From assembly GCF_028368995.1 (NCBI RefSeq), contig NZ_JAQNDL010000003.1, positions 1,728,001 to 1,792,000 of the forward strand: a stretch of DNA of 64,000 nucleotides. The letters run 5' to 3'. Origin of the DNA: Nannocystis bainbridge (GTDB taxonomy: Bacteria > Myxococcota_A > Polyangia > Nannocystales > Nannocystaceae). The notes under the pieces were generated by a model. It was given only the letters and a program-made list of their open reading frames with translations. It was not told the origin of the DNA and did not search any database. Each line of letters starts with the position of its first letter. Positions within the stretch are counted from its first letter, which is position 1. Below, one piece after another: positions 19,522 to 29,748 of the stretch. A program made the position numbers and the translations under genes.

Positions 19522-20487
19522 CTACGACTCGCTCGCGAGCGCTTCCAGGAGCTGCCTCGCTTCCTCGCGCACGTCGGGATCCGGGTCCGCGAGGAATGCC
19601 CGCATCCGCTCGCCGCCATCGGCCGGGTGCCGCCGGGACAGGCCCTGAAGCACGGCGAGGCGGATGTTGGCCGCTTCATCGCCGCGCAACGACCACAGCA
19701 GCTCCAGCGCCCGTGGATGCCGGTTTTCGCCGAGCCCGCGCACGAGCTCGTAGGTGCGGTACATCGGTTCGGCGAGCGCCTGGCCGAGAGCCTCCACCGC
19801 CTCGTCCGTCGCGTGGGGACAGAGCCGCTTCAGCGCCACGAACGACCGCTCCCCGCGGCCCTGCAGCAGCCGCACATAATAAGCGACCACGCGATCGTCT
19901 TCGATCGTGGCGAGCGCCTGGTCGGCCTCTCGCCACGCGGTGTCGTCGGCGGCCAGCATTCGCCCGCCCCATTCGTCGATGATCGCACCCCGCTCGGCCG
20001 GCGAGGAGGGACGGACCTCGAGTTTCGTCGCGACCTGCACGCGCACCTCCGCCGCGGACTCGCGCATACTCGCCGCGGACCACGGCTCCTCGGCGCATCG
20101 CAGCTGCTTGTCGACCGCGATCCGATAGGCGCCGGCGGCGTCGAAGCGGACCCAATGGGCGAGCAACAAACGCCTCCGGAACGGCCTGTCGGCTGAAATA
20201 CGCCGGCCGCCGACGACACCTCCCAGTTGCGGGCCGGCGTCGCGAATCGGAAGACTGCGCCCTCGCTCCACGTCGGTCGCAGTCAGCGCGTAGCTCTCGG
20301 GCCGTCCCAGGTGGTTGCGGTAGTCGCCGCCCTCGATGAGGATGAGTGATTCACCGCGGACGAGCCGCACCTGCAACGAGAGATAGACGGGCTCGTCTTG
20401 CAAGATCTGCCGCCGGTCGGGTTCGAGCGAAACGGCGAGCTCGCGCCCGAGAGCCTCCACGCGCGTCACCGATTCGCCGGGCGTCAT
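19522..20487 (-). CDS. HEAT-repeat domain protein with N-terminal beta-sandwich
   Basis: C-terminal LRGDEAANIRLAVLQGL and FLADPDPDVREEARQLL HEAT motifs; start MTPGES. Confidence 0.8.
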   Translation of the reverse strand: MTPGESVTRVEALGRELAVSLEPDRRQILQDEPVYLSLQVRLVRGESLILIEGGDYRNHLGRPESYALTATDVERGRSLPIRDAGPQLGGVVGGRRISADRPFRRRLLLAHWVRFDAAGAYRIAVDKQLRCAEEPWSAASMRESAAEVRVQVATKLEVRPSSPAERGAIIDEWGGRMLAADDTAWREADQALATIEDDRVVAYYVRLLQGRGERSFVALKRLCPHATDEAVEALGQALAEPMYRTYELVRGLGENRHPRALELLWSLRGDEAANIRLAVLQGLSRRHPADGGERMRAFLADPDPDVREEARQLLEALASES

Positions 20488-20534
20488 GCGCCCCGAGGAT
20501 GGCAGACTCGCGAGGCAGCGTCGACCTTCGGACG

Positions 20535-20751
20535 GCCCGTCGCCGGCCAGGGGCAACAAACCACCGCCTGGCGTCCGCTCGTCGCTCTCGGAGAATCGGG
20601 CCGTTAGGGTCCATCGGCGAGTCGTCGCTCCCGGATCGAGGCCCGTCACCCGCCAGGGGGCAACGAACCATCGCCCGGCGTCGACGCGTCGATCGCGGAG
20701 AACTCGATCAGGTCGGTAGGGCCGATCGGCGAGTCGTCGCTCCCGGCTCGA
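20535..20751. repeat. degenerate tandem duplication of about 105-112 bp
   Basis: GGCCCGTC..GCCAGGGGCAAC.AACCA...ATCGGCGAGTCGTCGCTCCCGG.TCGA occurs twice, starting at about 20535 and 20640. Confidence 0.75.
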
Positions 20752-20887
20752 AAACGAAGATCCCAAAAAACATAAATGTCTCTTGGGACAGGTCGAACAT
20801 GCGCCGCGCCCCCGGTCACGACCGAACCTGCGTCGTCTGGACGCACCCGCGGTGGGAAGCCGGCCGCGAGGGTGATACATCCTGCAC

Positions 20888-21637
20888 GTGGTCGCCACCC
20901 TCCTGCACCTCCCCATCTCGCCGTGGTCCGAGCGGGCCCGGTGGGTCCTCGACCATCACGGCTTCGCGCATACCCGGGTCGAGCATGTCCCGGTGATCGG
21001 CGAGCGCAAGCTCCGGCGGCTGGTCGGGCGCCGCGACGGGCCGGCGACCGTGCCGGTGCTTATCGACGGCGACCTGGTGATCGCGGACTCGTGGGAGATC
21101 GCGCGTCACGTCGAGCGGCTCGGTTCGGGGGCGCCGCTGCTGCCCGAGGGCCGGCTCGACGAGGTCCGCCGCTGGACCGCCGTCGCCGACGCGGCCATGC
21201 AGAGCGGGCGAGCGATGGCCATCGCGGCCATGCTGCGCGACCCCGCGGCGCTCGACGCCTCGATGCCGCCGCCGATGCCCGGCTGGGTCCGGCGCCTGCT
21301 CCGGCCGGTCAATCGTCAGGCCATGCAATGGTTCGCGCGCAAGTACGGCCTCTCGCTCGCGGACCTGGCCCCCCACGCGGCCCAGCAGCGCGAGGGCCTC
21401 GAAGCCGTGCGGGCCGGGCTCGCCGCCAGCTCGCCCTACTTGCTCGGCAGCTTCAGCTACGCCGACATCGCCGCTGCGACCCTGCTGCAGGGCGTGCAGC
21501 CGGTCGCCGACGACCTCGTCCCCTTCGACCCTGCGACCCGCGCCGCGTGGACGCAGCCCGCGCTGGTCCGCGAATACGCCGACCTGCTGAGCTGGCGCGA
21601 CGAGCTCTATAAAAAGCATCGCCGGCGCTCGACCTGA
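20888..21637 (+). CDS. glutathione S-transferase family protein
   Basis: ISPWSERARWVLDHHG, TVPVLIDGDLVIADSWEIARH, YLLGSFSYADI. Confidence 0.9.
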   Translation: MVATLLHLPISPWSERARWVLDHHGFAHTRVEHVPVIGERKLRRLVGRRDGPATVPVLIDGDLVIADSWEIARHVERLGSGAPLLPEGRLDEVRRWTAVADAAMQSGRAMAIAAMLRDPAALDASMPPPMPGWVRRLLRPVNRQAMQWFARKYGLSLADLAPHAAQQREGLEAVRAGLAASSPYLLGSFSYADIAAATLLQGVQPVADDLVPFDPATRAAWTQPALVREYADLLSWRDELYKKHRRRST

Positions 21638-21939
21638 GCCGGCCGAGAAAATCCCAACACTCGAGCGAGCCCCTCGAATCACCGCCGCCGCCGATCATCG
21701 CCCCTCGGCCACGCTTCGGCTGCGAATCTACCAATTCTCGCTAGCCCGCCCCGCTCAGCGAATCGCCTCACTTCCGCGAGCCCTGAGTTCGCCCGGCGCA
21801 GCAATCATCACACCTCGGTGCGCGCCGAACCACTCCACGAAGCCGCATACGCGCCAATCACAAGACACCCGCGAGCCTGCCGGACGCGCCGATCGCTCCA
21901 CTTCCGCGGACCCGCCCAGCCCGACGAATCATCCCACTC

Positions 21940-23178
21940 TCAGCGAGCCCGCCGAGACTTCCCGCGCTTGCTTTTGGGCGCTGCCGCCTCGAGCTCGCTC
22001 GCCGCGGCCGTCCGCGCCTCCTCGGCCTCCTCGGCCTGCGAGCGCGCCGCCTCGGCTACGCGCTCCGCCTTGTCCGCGCGTTGCCTCGCCGCCTCGGCCG
22101 CGCGTTCGGCCGTTCGCGCCGCGCGTTCGGCCGCTCGCGCCGCCGTCTCGGCGCGCTTCGCCTGCTGCGCCTGACGCTTCGCCTCTCGCGTCGCCTTCTC
22201 GAGCGCGCTGCGCAGGGTCTCCAGCGCCTTGCGCTCGGCTTGCTCACTGCGCCGGCGCTCCGCCTGCTCGGCCTTCTCGCGCCGGCGCTGTTCGGCGCTC
22301 TCGGCCGCGCGCCCCGCCTTCTCCGCCGCCCGTGCCGCCTTCTCCGCTGACCGGTCGACGCGACGGGCCGGCGGCTTCGCCCGCCCGCGCTTCGTCCCGG
22401 CCTTCGCCCCGCGCTTCCCTCGCGCCGGCTTCGCGACCTCCTCGTCCTCTTCCTCCGCGCGCTCCGCCTTCGCCCCACGCTTCCCTCGCGCCGGCTTCGC
22501 TTCCTCCTCGTCCTCCTCTTCCTCCGCTCGCTCCGCCTCCGCCCCACGCTTCCCTCGCGCCGGCTTCGCTACCTCCTCGTCCTCCTCTTCCTCCGCTCGC
22601 TCCGCCTTCGCCCCACGCTTCCCTCGCGCCGGCTCCGCTTCCTCCTCGCGCACCGCCCCGCCGGCGCGCGCCTCCAGCATCTGCATCACGTCCGCGACAT
22701 CGGCCGGCTCGAGCTCGGTCGCCAGCGTCCCGCGGCGCAGCAGCTCGCGTTCGTGCTCGCTGGCCGTCGGCGCCGATTGCAGGGTGATGCGAATGCTGTC
22801 GAGGTGGTCGCCGGGCGTGCGCACGCCCGCCTCTGCCAGCACGTTGATCGCCCGCTGCAGCAGCTCCCACACCACGTCGTGGTGCGCCTGCATCGCCGCG
22901 CGCAGCCCCGCGGCCCCGTGGGCCTCGCGCAGGCGTTCGCCGGCGCGCAGCAGCGCCTCCATGCGCGCCGGTTCGCGGCGGGCCAGTTGATTGACCGTCC
23001 ACACCGCCGTGCTCGGCTTGCGCAGCGCCTTGACCCGCGTCGCCCCGGCGCTGTCACCCGCCGCACGCAGTTGTTTGGCCAGCGCGTCGCGTTCGGCGGT
23101 GAACTCGTCCAGCGGCGCGGCGTACAGCGCCTCGAGCCCGGCCGTCGCCTCGTCGTCGCTGTTCGCCCGCCGCGCCAT
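21940..23178 (-). CDS. hypothetical protein with conserved N-terminal helical domain, acidic/basic tandem repeat and coiled-coil tail
   Basis: LYAAPLDEFTAERDALAKQLRAAGD...LRKPSTAVWTVNQLAR, followed by low-complexity repeats. Confidence 0.85.
   Translation of the reverse strand: MARRANSDDEATAGLEALYAAPLDEFTAERDALAKQLRAAGDSAGATRVKALRKPSTAVWTVNQLARREPARMEALLRAGERLREAHGAAGLRAAMQAHHDVVWELLQRAINVLAEAGVRTPGDHLDSIRITLQSAPTASEHERELLRRGTLATELEPADVADVMQMLEARAGGAVREEEAEPARGKRGAKAERAEEEEDEEVAKPARGKRGAEAERAEEEEDEEEAKPARGKRGAKAERAEEEDEEVAKPARGKRGAKAGTKRGRAKPPARRVDRSAEKAARAAEKAGRAAESAEQRRREKAEQAERRRSEQAERKALETLRSALEKATREAKRQAQQAKRAETAARAAERAARTAERAAEAARQRADKAERVAEAARSQAEEAEEARTAAASELEAAAPKSKRGKSRRAR
22400..22650 (-). 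repeat. coding tandem repeat, about 69 bp x3.5 (AKPARGKRGAKAERAEEEEDEEV)
   Basis: Visible in both DNA and protein; units of 23, 23 and 22 aa plus a partial unit. Confidence 0.9.
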
Positions 23179-23542
23179 GGCCCCGTTCTCGTGACAAACA
23201 CAGGGCCCCCGCGCCAGCCCCCGGGCGCTCGCTACGCCGCAGCGCCGGCCTCCACGCGCGCACGAGCGAGCGGCGGAGCCCGCGCAGCCCCCTCTCGAAA
23301 ATCCACGGCTTCGATCCCTCTACCGCGGCCCGCGAGCTCCGAGATCCGCCAGTTCACTGTCGCTATCCCGCGGCCATCACCGTCAAGCTCGCCCGGAGTG
23401 GTGGACACACCGCTTCGGGCGCGCACTCGGAGCCCCCGACTCCGCCGACCCACTGCCACCATTCCGGCGACTCACCCGGGCCCCTCTCGCATGATTCGCC
23501 CACCGAGCTGCCCCGCGCAGCTCCCCCCATTCAAAACTGTCG

Positions 23543-26500
23543 CTATTTCCCGGGCGACGACTCTGCCAGCAGCTTCTTCAGCTCGGCCATCGGCACCGGC
23601 TTGACCAGGTGCAGGTCGCAGCCGGCGGCCTTGGAGCGCGCGCGGTCGCTGTCCTGGCCCCAGCCGGTCAGGGCGATGATGCGAATCGCCTCGCCGCCCG
23701 GTTGCTGGCGGATCTGCCGGGTCGCGTCGTAGCCGTTCAGGCGCGGCATCCCCATGTCCATCAGGATCACCTCGGGCTGGAACGTCTGCGCCGCCGCCAC
23801 CGCTACCAGCCCGTCGTGCGCCGTCTCGACCTGGTGACCGAGCAGCCGCAGCATCATCGCCATCGTCAGCGCCGAGTCCTCGTTGTCGTCGACCACCAGC
23901 ACCCGTCGGCCGCCGCCTGCGCGCTCGCTGCCGGCTTGCCGCGGGCTCGCCGGCTGCGGCTGCGGCTCGGACACCGGCAACTTCACCGTGAACGTGCTGC
24001 CTCGCCCTGGCCCCGGGCTGTCGGCCGTCACCGCCCCGCCGTGCATCTCGACCAGCCCCTTCACCAGCGCCAGCCCGATCCCCAGGCCCCCGTTCGAGCG
24101 CTCGATCGAGCGATCGATCTGCGAGAACATGTCGAAGATGCTCGTCAGCGCCGCCTGAGGGATCCCGATCCCGTCGTCGCGGACCGCCACCCGCACCTCG
24201 CCCTCGCCGCGCTCGGCCGTCAGGCTGATCTTTCCGCCCGGCGGCGTGTACTTGGCGCTGTTCGTCAGCAGGTTGCTGAACACCTGCGCCAGCCGGGTCA
24301 GGTCGGCGTCGAGCGCCACCGGTCGCGGCGGCAGCGAGACCTCGAGCGTGTGGCGGGCCGCGTCGATGAACGGCCGCGCCGTCTCGATCGCCGCGTTGAC
24401 CACGTCGGCCAGCATCACCCGGCCGCGCCGCAGCTCCATCTTGTTGCGGCTGATCCGCGACACGTCGAGCAGGTCGTCGATGAGCCGGACCATGTGCCCC
24501 AGCTGGCGGTCCATCACCGCCTGCGAGTGCTCCTGGACCGCCGGGTCGTCGGTCAGGCGCAGCGCCTCGAGGCCGTTGCGGATCGGCGCCAGCGGGTTGC
24601 GCAGCTCGTGGGCCAGCAGCGCCAGGAACTCGTCCTTGCGCCGGTCCTGCTCGCGCAGCGCCGCGTTGAGGCGGGCGTTCTCGATCGCCACCGAGGTGAT
24701 GTGCGCCAGCTGGACCAGCATCACCTCGTCGCTGTCGCCGAACCCGCCGTCGCGGTCGTCCCACAGCTGGACCAGCCCGAGGTTGTCGCCCTGGCGGTCG
24801 ACGAACGGGGCCGCCAGCCAGCGCCGCGGCCCCCCGCTGCCGCTCGCCGGGCCCTCGGCGGCCAGCCGCAGCGGCCGCTGGCTGCGGCTCACCAGGTCGA
24901 CCAGCACCCCGACGCCCGCGGGCGCCCCGTACTCGCGCCGCACGCCCTCGCCGGTGCTCGTCACCGCCAGCGGGCCGGCCGACTCGTCGCCGCCGCCGTG
25001 CAGGCTCGAGCAGGCGTGACTGGCCCCGATGATCCGCCGCGCCTCCGCGGCCACGGTCTCGAGCACGCTCTCGAGCGACTGCACCGAGTGGATCGCCAGC
25101 GACGCGTCGGCGACCTGGCGCAGCATGTGGCCTTGCTCGCGCTCGCGCTCGAACGCGAGGGCCAGCCGCTGCTCGTCGTGCTTGCGCTCGGTGATGTCGA
25201 CGGTCACCCCGTCGAAGCGGATCGGCGTGCCGTCGCTGCCGCAAACCGTGCCGCCGAGCGCGCGGATCCACTTGATCGCGCCCGAGGCGGGGTCGACCGT
25301 GCGGTAGTCGATGTCGTAGGGCCCGAGGTCGCCGATCGACGCCTCGATCGACGCGCGCGTGCGCTCGCGGTCCTCGGGGTGGATCTTCTCGTAGAACATG
25401 CCGATCGTGACGCGGGCCGTCGGCGGCAACCAGAAGTGCTCCTTGACCCGCGCGTCCCACTGCAGCTCGTCGAACGGCAGGTCGCAGTACCAGAAGCCGA
25501 CGCCCGACAGGCGCACCGCGAAATCGAGGCGCGCGCGGCTGTCGGCCAGGGCCCGCTCGGCGACCGCCCGCTGGGTCACGTCGCGGCTGACCGCCAGGTG
25601 GTGCCAGCCGCCGTCGGGCGCCGGCAGCGGCACCGCCGTGCTCTCCATGTGCCGCCGCGTGCCGGCGAGGCCGACGATGTCGAACGAGAGGTGACCCGGT
25701 TCGCCGCGGCACACCCGGTCGTTGAAGGCGCGGAAGGCCTCGCGGTCCTCGGGCGCGATCACGTCGTAGATGGAGCGGCCATGCACCACCGCCTCGTCGG
25801 CCTCGACCATGCGCATGCCCGACGGGTTCATCTGCAGCAGCGTGCCGTCGGGCCCGAGCAGCTTGACGCACTCCGGCGTGGCCTCGACGATCGCCCGGTA
25901 GCGGGCCTCGCTGTCACGCAGCCGCCGGGCCGCGCGAGTCCGCTCGAGCGCCTCCCAGCAGCGGTCGGCGACCGTGCGCAGCAGCGTGATCTCGTCCTCC
26001 TGCCAGCGCCGCGGGTCCCGGGCGTGCAGCGCCATCGTGGCGATGAACTGGCCTTGCTTGTGCAACGGCACGCACACCCCGGCGCCGATGCGCGCGGCGC
26101 GGTAGGCCGTGAGGTCGGTGCCGACGCGCGGGTCGTGCTCGACGTCGTCGATCACGAACGGCTCGTGGGCCTGCATCACCGCCTGCAACTTCGGCCCGAA
26201 CCCGGCCGCCGGCCAGCGCCCGACCATGCTCGGCACGCCGCGCGTGTAATCGCCGAGGATCACGAACGCCGGCTCCTCGCCCTCGGCGTCGAACTCGGCG
26301 TAGGCGCAGCGGTCGACGCCGACGTACTCGCCCAGCAGGCGGGCCGTGACCGTCAGGACCTCGTCGGGCTCGGTCAGCGGCTGGGTCGCGGCCGCGAGCT
26401 CGGCGAGGAACCGGTGGCGGCCCTCGCTGGCCCGCAGCGCCGCCTCGGCCCGCTTCTGCGCCGTGATGTCGCGGGCGATCTTCGACGCGCCGATGATCCG

Positions 26501-27220
26501 GCCCTCGGGGTCGAAGATCGGCGAGACGGTCAGCGAGATGTCGAGCAGCGTCCCGTCCTTGGCCACGCGCACGGTCTCGAACGACTGGATGCGCTCGCCG
26601 CGGACCAGTCGGGCCAGGATCTGCCGCTCCTCGTCGAGCCGCTCGATCGGGATGAGCATGGTGATCGGGTGGCCCTCGGCCTCGGCGGCGGTCCAGCCGA
26701 ACAGCCGCTCGGCCCCGGCGTTCCAGGTGCGGATGACGCCGTCGAGCGTCTTGCTGACGATCGCGTCCTGCGACGAGGCGACGATCGCCGCCAGGCGCGA
26801 GCTGGCCTCGTCGGACCGCCGGCGCTCGCTGACATCGCGGAACACGAGGACGGCGCCGACGGGCTTGCCGGCGGCGTCGCGGATCGGCGCCGCGCTGTCG
26901 TCGATCGGGCGCTCGACGCCGTCGCGAGCGATGAGACAGGTGTGATTCGCCAGCCCGACCACGATCCCCTCGCGCAGGGCCCTCAGCGCCGGGTTCTCGG
27001 CCGGCTGGCGCGTGTACTCGTGGACGATGTGGAACACCTCGGTGAGCGGGCGCCCCGCGGCCGCGGCCCCGCTCCAGCCGGTCAGCGCCTCGGCGACCGG
27101 ATTGAGGTACGTGACCCGACCGTCGACGTCGGTGCTGATGACGGCGTCGCCGATGCTGGCGAGGGTGATCTGCAGCCGCTCGCGCTCTCTGGCGAGCTCG
27201 TCGTCGTCCTGGCGCATCAT
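23543..27220 (-). CDS. hybrid sensor histidine kinase (PAS-PAS-GAF-PAS-PAS-GAF-HisKA-HATPase-REC)
   Basis: LAHELRNPLAPI H-box, NLLTNSAKYT, DDGIGI, GLGIGL, REC motifs VVDD...MDMGMP...KP. Confidence 0.95.
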   Translation of the reverse strand: MMRQDDDELARERERLQITLASIGDAVISTDVDGRVTYLNPVAEALTGWSGAAAAGRPLTEVFHIVHEYTRQPAENPALRALREGIVVGLANHTCLIARDGVERPIDDSAAPIRDAAGKPVGAVLVFRDVSERRRSDEASSRLAAIVASSQDAIVSKTLDGVIRTWNAGAERLFGWTAAEAEGHPITMLIPIERLDEERQILARLVRGERIQSFETVRVAKDGTLLDISLTVSPIFDPEGRIIGASKIARDITAQKRAEAALRASEGRHRFLAELAAATQPLTEPDEVLTVTARLLGEYVGVDRCAYAEFDAEGEEPAFVILGDYTRGVPSMVGRWPAAGFGPKLQAVMQAHEPFVIDDVEHDPRVGTDLTAYRAARIGAGVCVPLHKQGQFIATMALHARDPRRWQEDEITLLRTVADRCWEALERTRAARRLRDSEARYRAIVEATPECVKLLGPDGTLLQMNPSGMRMVEADEAVVHGRSIYDVIAPEDREAFRAFNDRVCRGEPGHLSFDIVGLAGTRRHMESTAVPLPAPDGGWHHLAVSRDVTQRAVAERALADSRARLDFAVRLSGVGFWYCDLPFDELQWDARVKEHFWLPPTARVTIGMFYEKIHPEDRERTRASIEASIGDLGPYDIDYRTVDPASGAIKWIRALGGTVCGSDGTPIRFDGVTVDITERKHDEQRLALAFEREREQGHMLRQVADASLAIHSVQSLESVLETVAAEARRIIGASHACSSLHGGGDESAGPLAVTSTGEGVRREYGAPAGVGVLVDLVSRSQRPLRLAAEGPASGSGGPRRWLAAPFVDRQGDNLGLVQLWDDRDGGFGDSDEVMLVQLAHITSVAIENARLNAALREQDRRKDEFLALLAHELRNPLAPIRNGLEALRLTDDPAVQEHSQAVMDRQLGHMVRLIDDLLDVSRISRNKMELRRGRVMLADVVNAAIETARPFIDAARHTLEVSLPPRPVALDADLTRLAQVFSNLLTNSAKYTPPGGKISLTAERGEGEVRVAVRDDGIGIPQAALTSIFDMFSQIDRSIERSNGGLGIGLALVKGLVEMHGGAVTADSPGPGRGSTFTVKLPVSEPQPQPASPRQAGSERAGGGRRVLVVDDNEDSALTMAMMLRLLGHQVETAHDGLVAVAAAQTFQPEVILMDMGMPRLNGYDATRQIRQQPGGEAIRIIALTGWGQDSDRARSKAAGCDLHLVKPVPMAELKKLLAESSPGK

Positions 27221-27515
27221 CGATTCGCGCGCACCGCTGGCGAGCAGGTCCGGCCGCACGCGCGGCGGTTGGAGTCGGCAGAACGCGGCGCAAGGGCGAC
27301 CATGCGAGGAGGAGGCTAGGCCGAGGCGGTCTGAGCCGCAAGCGCGATGGGCGAGCGGTCGCGCACTCCGTCAGCCGGCGAGCGCCGCGCAGGTCGCGAA
27401 TCGCGGCAGTCGTGGTCCGCGCCCACCACCGTGTCATCGCGCGACCACCGACGGATCATGGACGACTCGCGTCGTGGATCCAGGAGCCACGCGACCTCCA
27501 CGCGCCACCCTCATC

Positions 27516-28286
27516 TCAGCGCCCACCGAACCGCACCGACAGCCCCGCGAGGATCGCCACCACCAGCGTGCGACGGGCGCGACCGACCAGCACGCCGGCG
27601 TCGAGCGCCACGCGTGGGTGCAGGTGGACCATCAAGCCGCCGTCGCCCGCGAGCTCGGCGAGCTCGGTGTGGGGGAAATCGAGGCGGGCGTACGCCTCGC
27701 CCCACAGGCGCAGGCGCTGGTCGGCGAGGGTGCGCGCGACGGACACTGCGAACAGGTCGCTGATCTCGCAGCAACGTCCGGTATCCGCGGGGGCCGTCTT
27801 GACGCCGGCGTTGACGCTGAAATTCCACTCGCCGGGTTCGACGGTCAGCAGCAGCACCAGCGCCGGCAGCGGGGCCCAGAACGACGCCGGACCGAGCGGC
27901 GGCACCGGCAGCAATTGTGGCTGGAGCCCGAACGAAGTCTTCGTGCGGCTGTCGCGTTCGACCAGCAGGATCTTCGCCCCGATCGAGATCTCTTGCTGCT
28001 GCCGGACCGCCGCCTGCCCGAGGCCCCAGCGCACCGGATCGCCGTCGAACACGCGCAGCTCGACCCGCTCGTGCAGGCCGATGCGGACCACCAGCGGCGT
28101 CGCTACCAGGAACTCGTCATGATCGGCGCGGCCGTACACCTGCGCATCGACGCCAGCCTCGATCTGGACCGCGCCGCGCGGCACCGTCGCGGTCGAATTC
28201 GTGATCGTGGGCCGGTCGGGGTCGACGCGGCGCGCTTCGTCGTCGCCCGCGAGCAGGGCCCAGAGCGTGAGCCACACAATGAACAT
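27516..28286 (-). CDS. outer-membrane 'transporter' (phenol MetA-pathway-like beta-barrel)
   Basis: DPDRPTITNSTATVPRGAVQIEAG N-terminal signature; C-terminal GLSVRF. Confidence 0.75.
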   Translation of the reverse strand: MFIVWLTLWALLAGDDEARRVDPDRPTITNSTATVPRGAVQIEAGVDAQVYGRADHDEFLVATPLVVRIGLHERVELRVFDGDPVRWGLGQAAVRQQQEISIGAKILLVERDSRTKTSFGLQPQLLPVPPLGPASFWAPLPALVLLLTVEPGEWNFSVNAGVKTAPADTGRCCEISDLFAVSVARTLADQRLRLWGEAYARLDFPHTELAELAGDGGLMVHLHPRVALDAGVLVGRARRTLVVAILAGLSVRFGGR

Positions 28287-28301
28287 AGTCTGCCCTCGCG
28301 G

Positions 28302-28793
28302 TCAGCCGCCGCCGACCGAGCTCGAGCTCTCGCCGCTCGCGTGGCCGCCCGCGCCTTCGCGCGGGATCACCGAAAGCTTGCCGTCGGTCTCGAGCACCAC
28401 CCAGCGCACCTGGGCCAGCTCGTAGAGGCCCACCTTGCGCATCTCGGTGAAGATCTCGTCGGGCGAGATGCGCTCCTTGTTCATGTTCTCGGCCAAAAAT
28501 CGCCCGTCGCTGACCAGCAGGGTCGGCGAGCTCGAGATCGCCGTCTCGAGCGGGCGCACGTGGTGCATCAGCAGCGAGACCACGAACACCAGCGAGAACA
28601 GCGTCGTCGTGCCGACGATCGCGTTCGTCAGCGACGGGTCGTCGCGCACCAGCGCCGGTGACACGATCTCGGGGACGATGAGCAGCGTGACCAGCTCGGC
28701 CGGCGACAGCTGGCCGAACTCCCGCTTGCCGAGGATCCGCAGGCCGGCGATGATGACCGTGTAGAGGATGACGATGCGAATGACGGTTTCCAT
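28302..28793 (-). CDS. DUF421/YetF family membrane protein
   Basis: RILGKREFGQLS...LLVSDGRFLAENM...VVLETDGKLSVI. Confidence 0.92.
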   Translation of the reverse strand: METVIRIVILYTVIIAGLRILGKREFGQLSPAELVTLLIVPEIVSPALVRDDPSLTNAIVGTTTLFSLVFVVSLLMHHVRPLETAISSSPTLLVSDGRFLAENMNKERISPDEIFTEMRKVGLYELAQVRWVVLETDGKLSVIPREGAGGHASGESSSSVGGG

Positions 28794-28808
28794 GCGGCCT
28801 CCTCGCAT

Positions 28809-29318
28809 TCACGGCAACACGGTCAGGTGGACCGGCAGCTCGGCCAGCGCCGCCTCGCCGGCCCGCACGCGCACCGCCCCGGTGAGCGCGCCGGCGGCGG
28901 TGCTGCGATAATCGAGGGTGACCGCGCGGGTCGCCCCCGGCGCCATGTCGCCGAGCGGGACCACGTACCAGTCGCCGTCGATCCGGGCCAGCGGCGGCTG
29001 AAACGACGGCCGCGCCACCGCCTCGAGCAGGCCGCGGCTGAACTCGGCCTGCGCGCGCGTCAGCGGCCCCGACGTACGATTGACGACGGTGACGCGCAGG
29101 TGGCCCCAGTCCTCGAGGTGCTCACGCGGCGCGAACTCCACCGCCAGCCCGACCCCTCGCAGATCGATCTCCTCGCGCTGGCGCGGCCCGCCGAGCAGAC
29201 CCAGCGCGGCCACGATCGGCACTGCGAACATCAGCGGCAACAACAACCATTGCTCGCGGTGGAATTGCAGGCGCCGATCGATCTCCGGCGGCGACGGCGG
29301 ACGGTCGTGCGCTCGCAT
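28809..29318 (-). CDS. membrane-anchored hypothetical protein with beta-sandwich, upstream of the DUF421 gene
   Basis: TM segment LLLPLMFAVPIVAALGLLGG followed by a beta-rich domain; 15-bp gap to the DUF421 start. Confidence 0.75.
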   Translation of the reverse strand: MRAHDRPPSPPEIDRRLQFHREQWLLLPLMFAVPIVAALGLLGGPRQREEIDLRGVGLAVEFAPREHLEDWGHLRVTVVNRTSGPLTRAQAEFSRGLLEAVARPSFQPPLARIDGDWYVVPLGDMAPGATRAVTLDYRSTAAGALTGAVRVRAGEAALAELPVHLTVLP

Positions 29319-29748
29319 GCACGCCGTGGGTTGCACGCAATCGGAGTCGCGGCCAATCGATCCGGTGTGATTCGCCGCGACCCGACGATGCAGCCGCAAA
29401 CTTCCTTTTAAAAGGGGAGCCCTGCGAGGCGCAGGCGCAGAATGCGCGGTTTCGCGCTCCTTCTGAATTGGGCGATCGCATGCCCCGGGAATCGGCGCAT
29501 TCGGCGCCACTCCGCAGAAATCATCACACCCTCGAATCGACGCCGAGCCCGCTCTCGTCGCAAATGTCCAGGGTATTTCCTCGTCATCGAATCATCATAC
29601 CGGCCTCGACCGATTCGCGGCGGTCGCCGCCTGCGCCGACGCGGGCGCGCGGACGCCACCTCTGCTCCGGCGGCGCCTCCTGCTCCAGAGGTTCGCCTCG
29701 AGGTTGCCGCCTCGACCCTCGCCGTCAACCTGAGCGACGGAGGCCGCC

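Noticed and set aside
21640-21935. ncRNA or tRNA in the intergenic region with recurring GAATC/AATCATC words
   Set aside because: No cloverleaf or recognisable RNA family; only faint degenerate similarity.
23543-27220. Novel signalling system at the hybrid histidine kinase
   Set aside because: Common PAS/GAF hybrid kinase architecture with nothing unusual visible.
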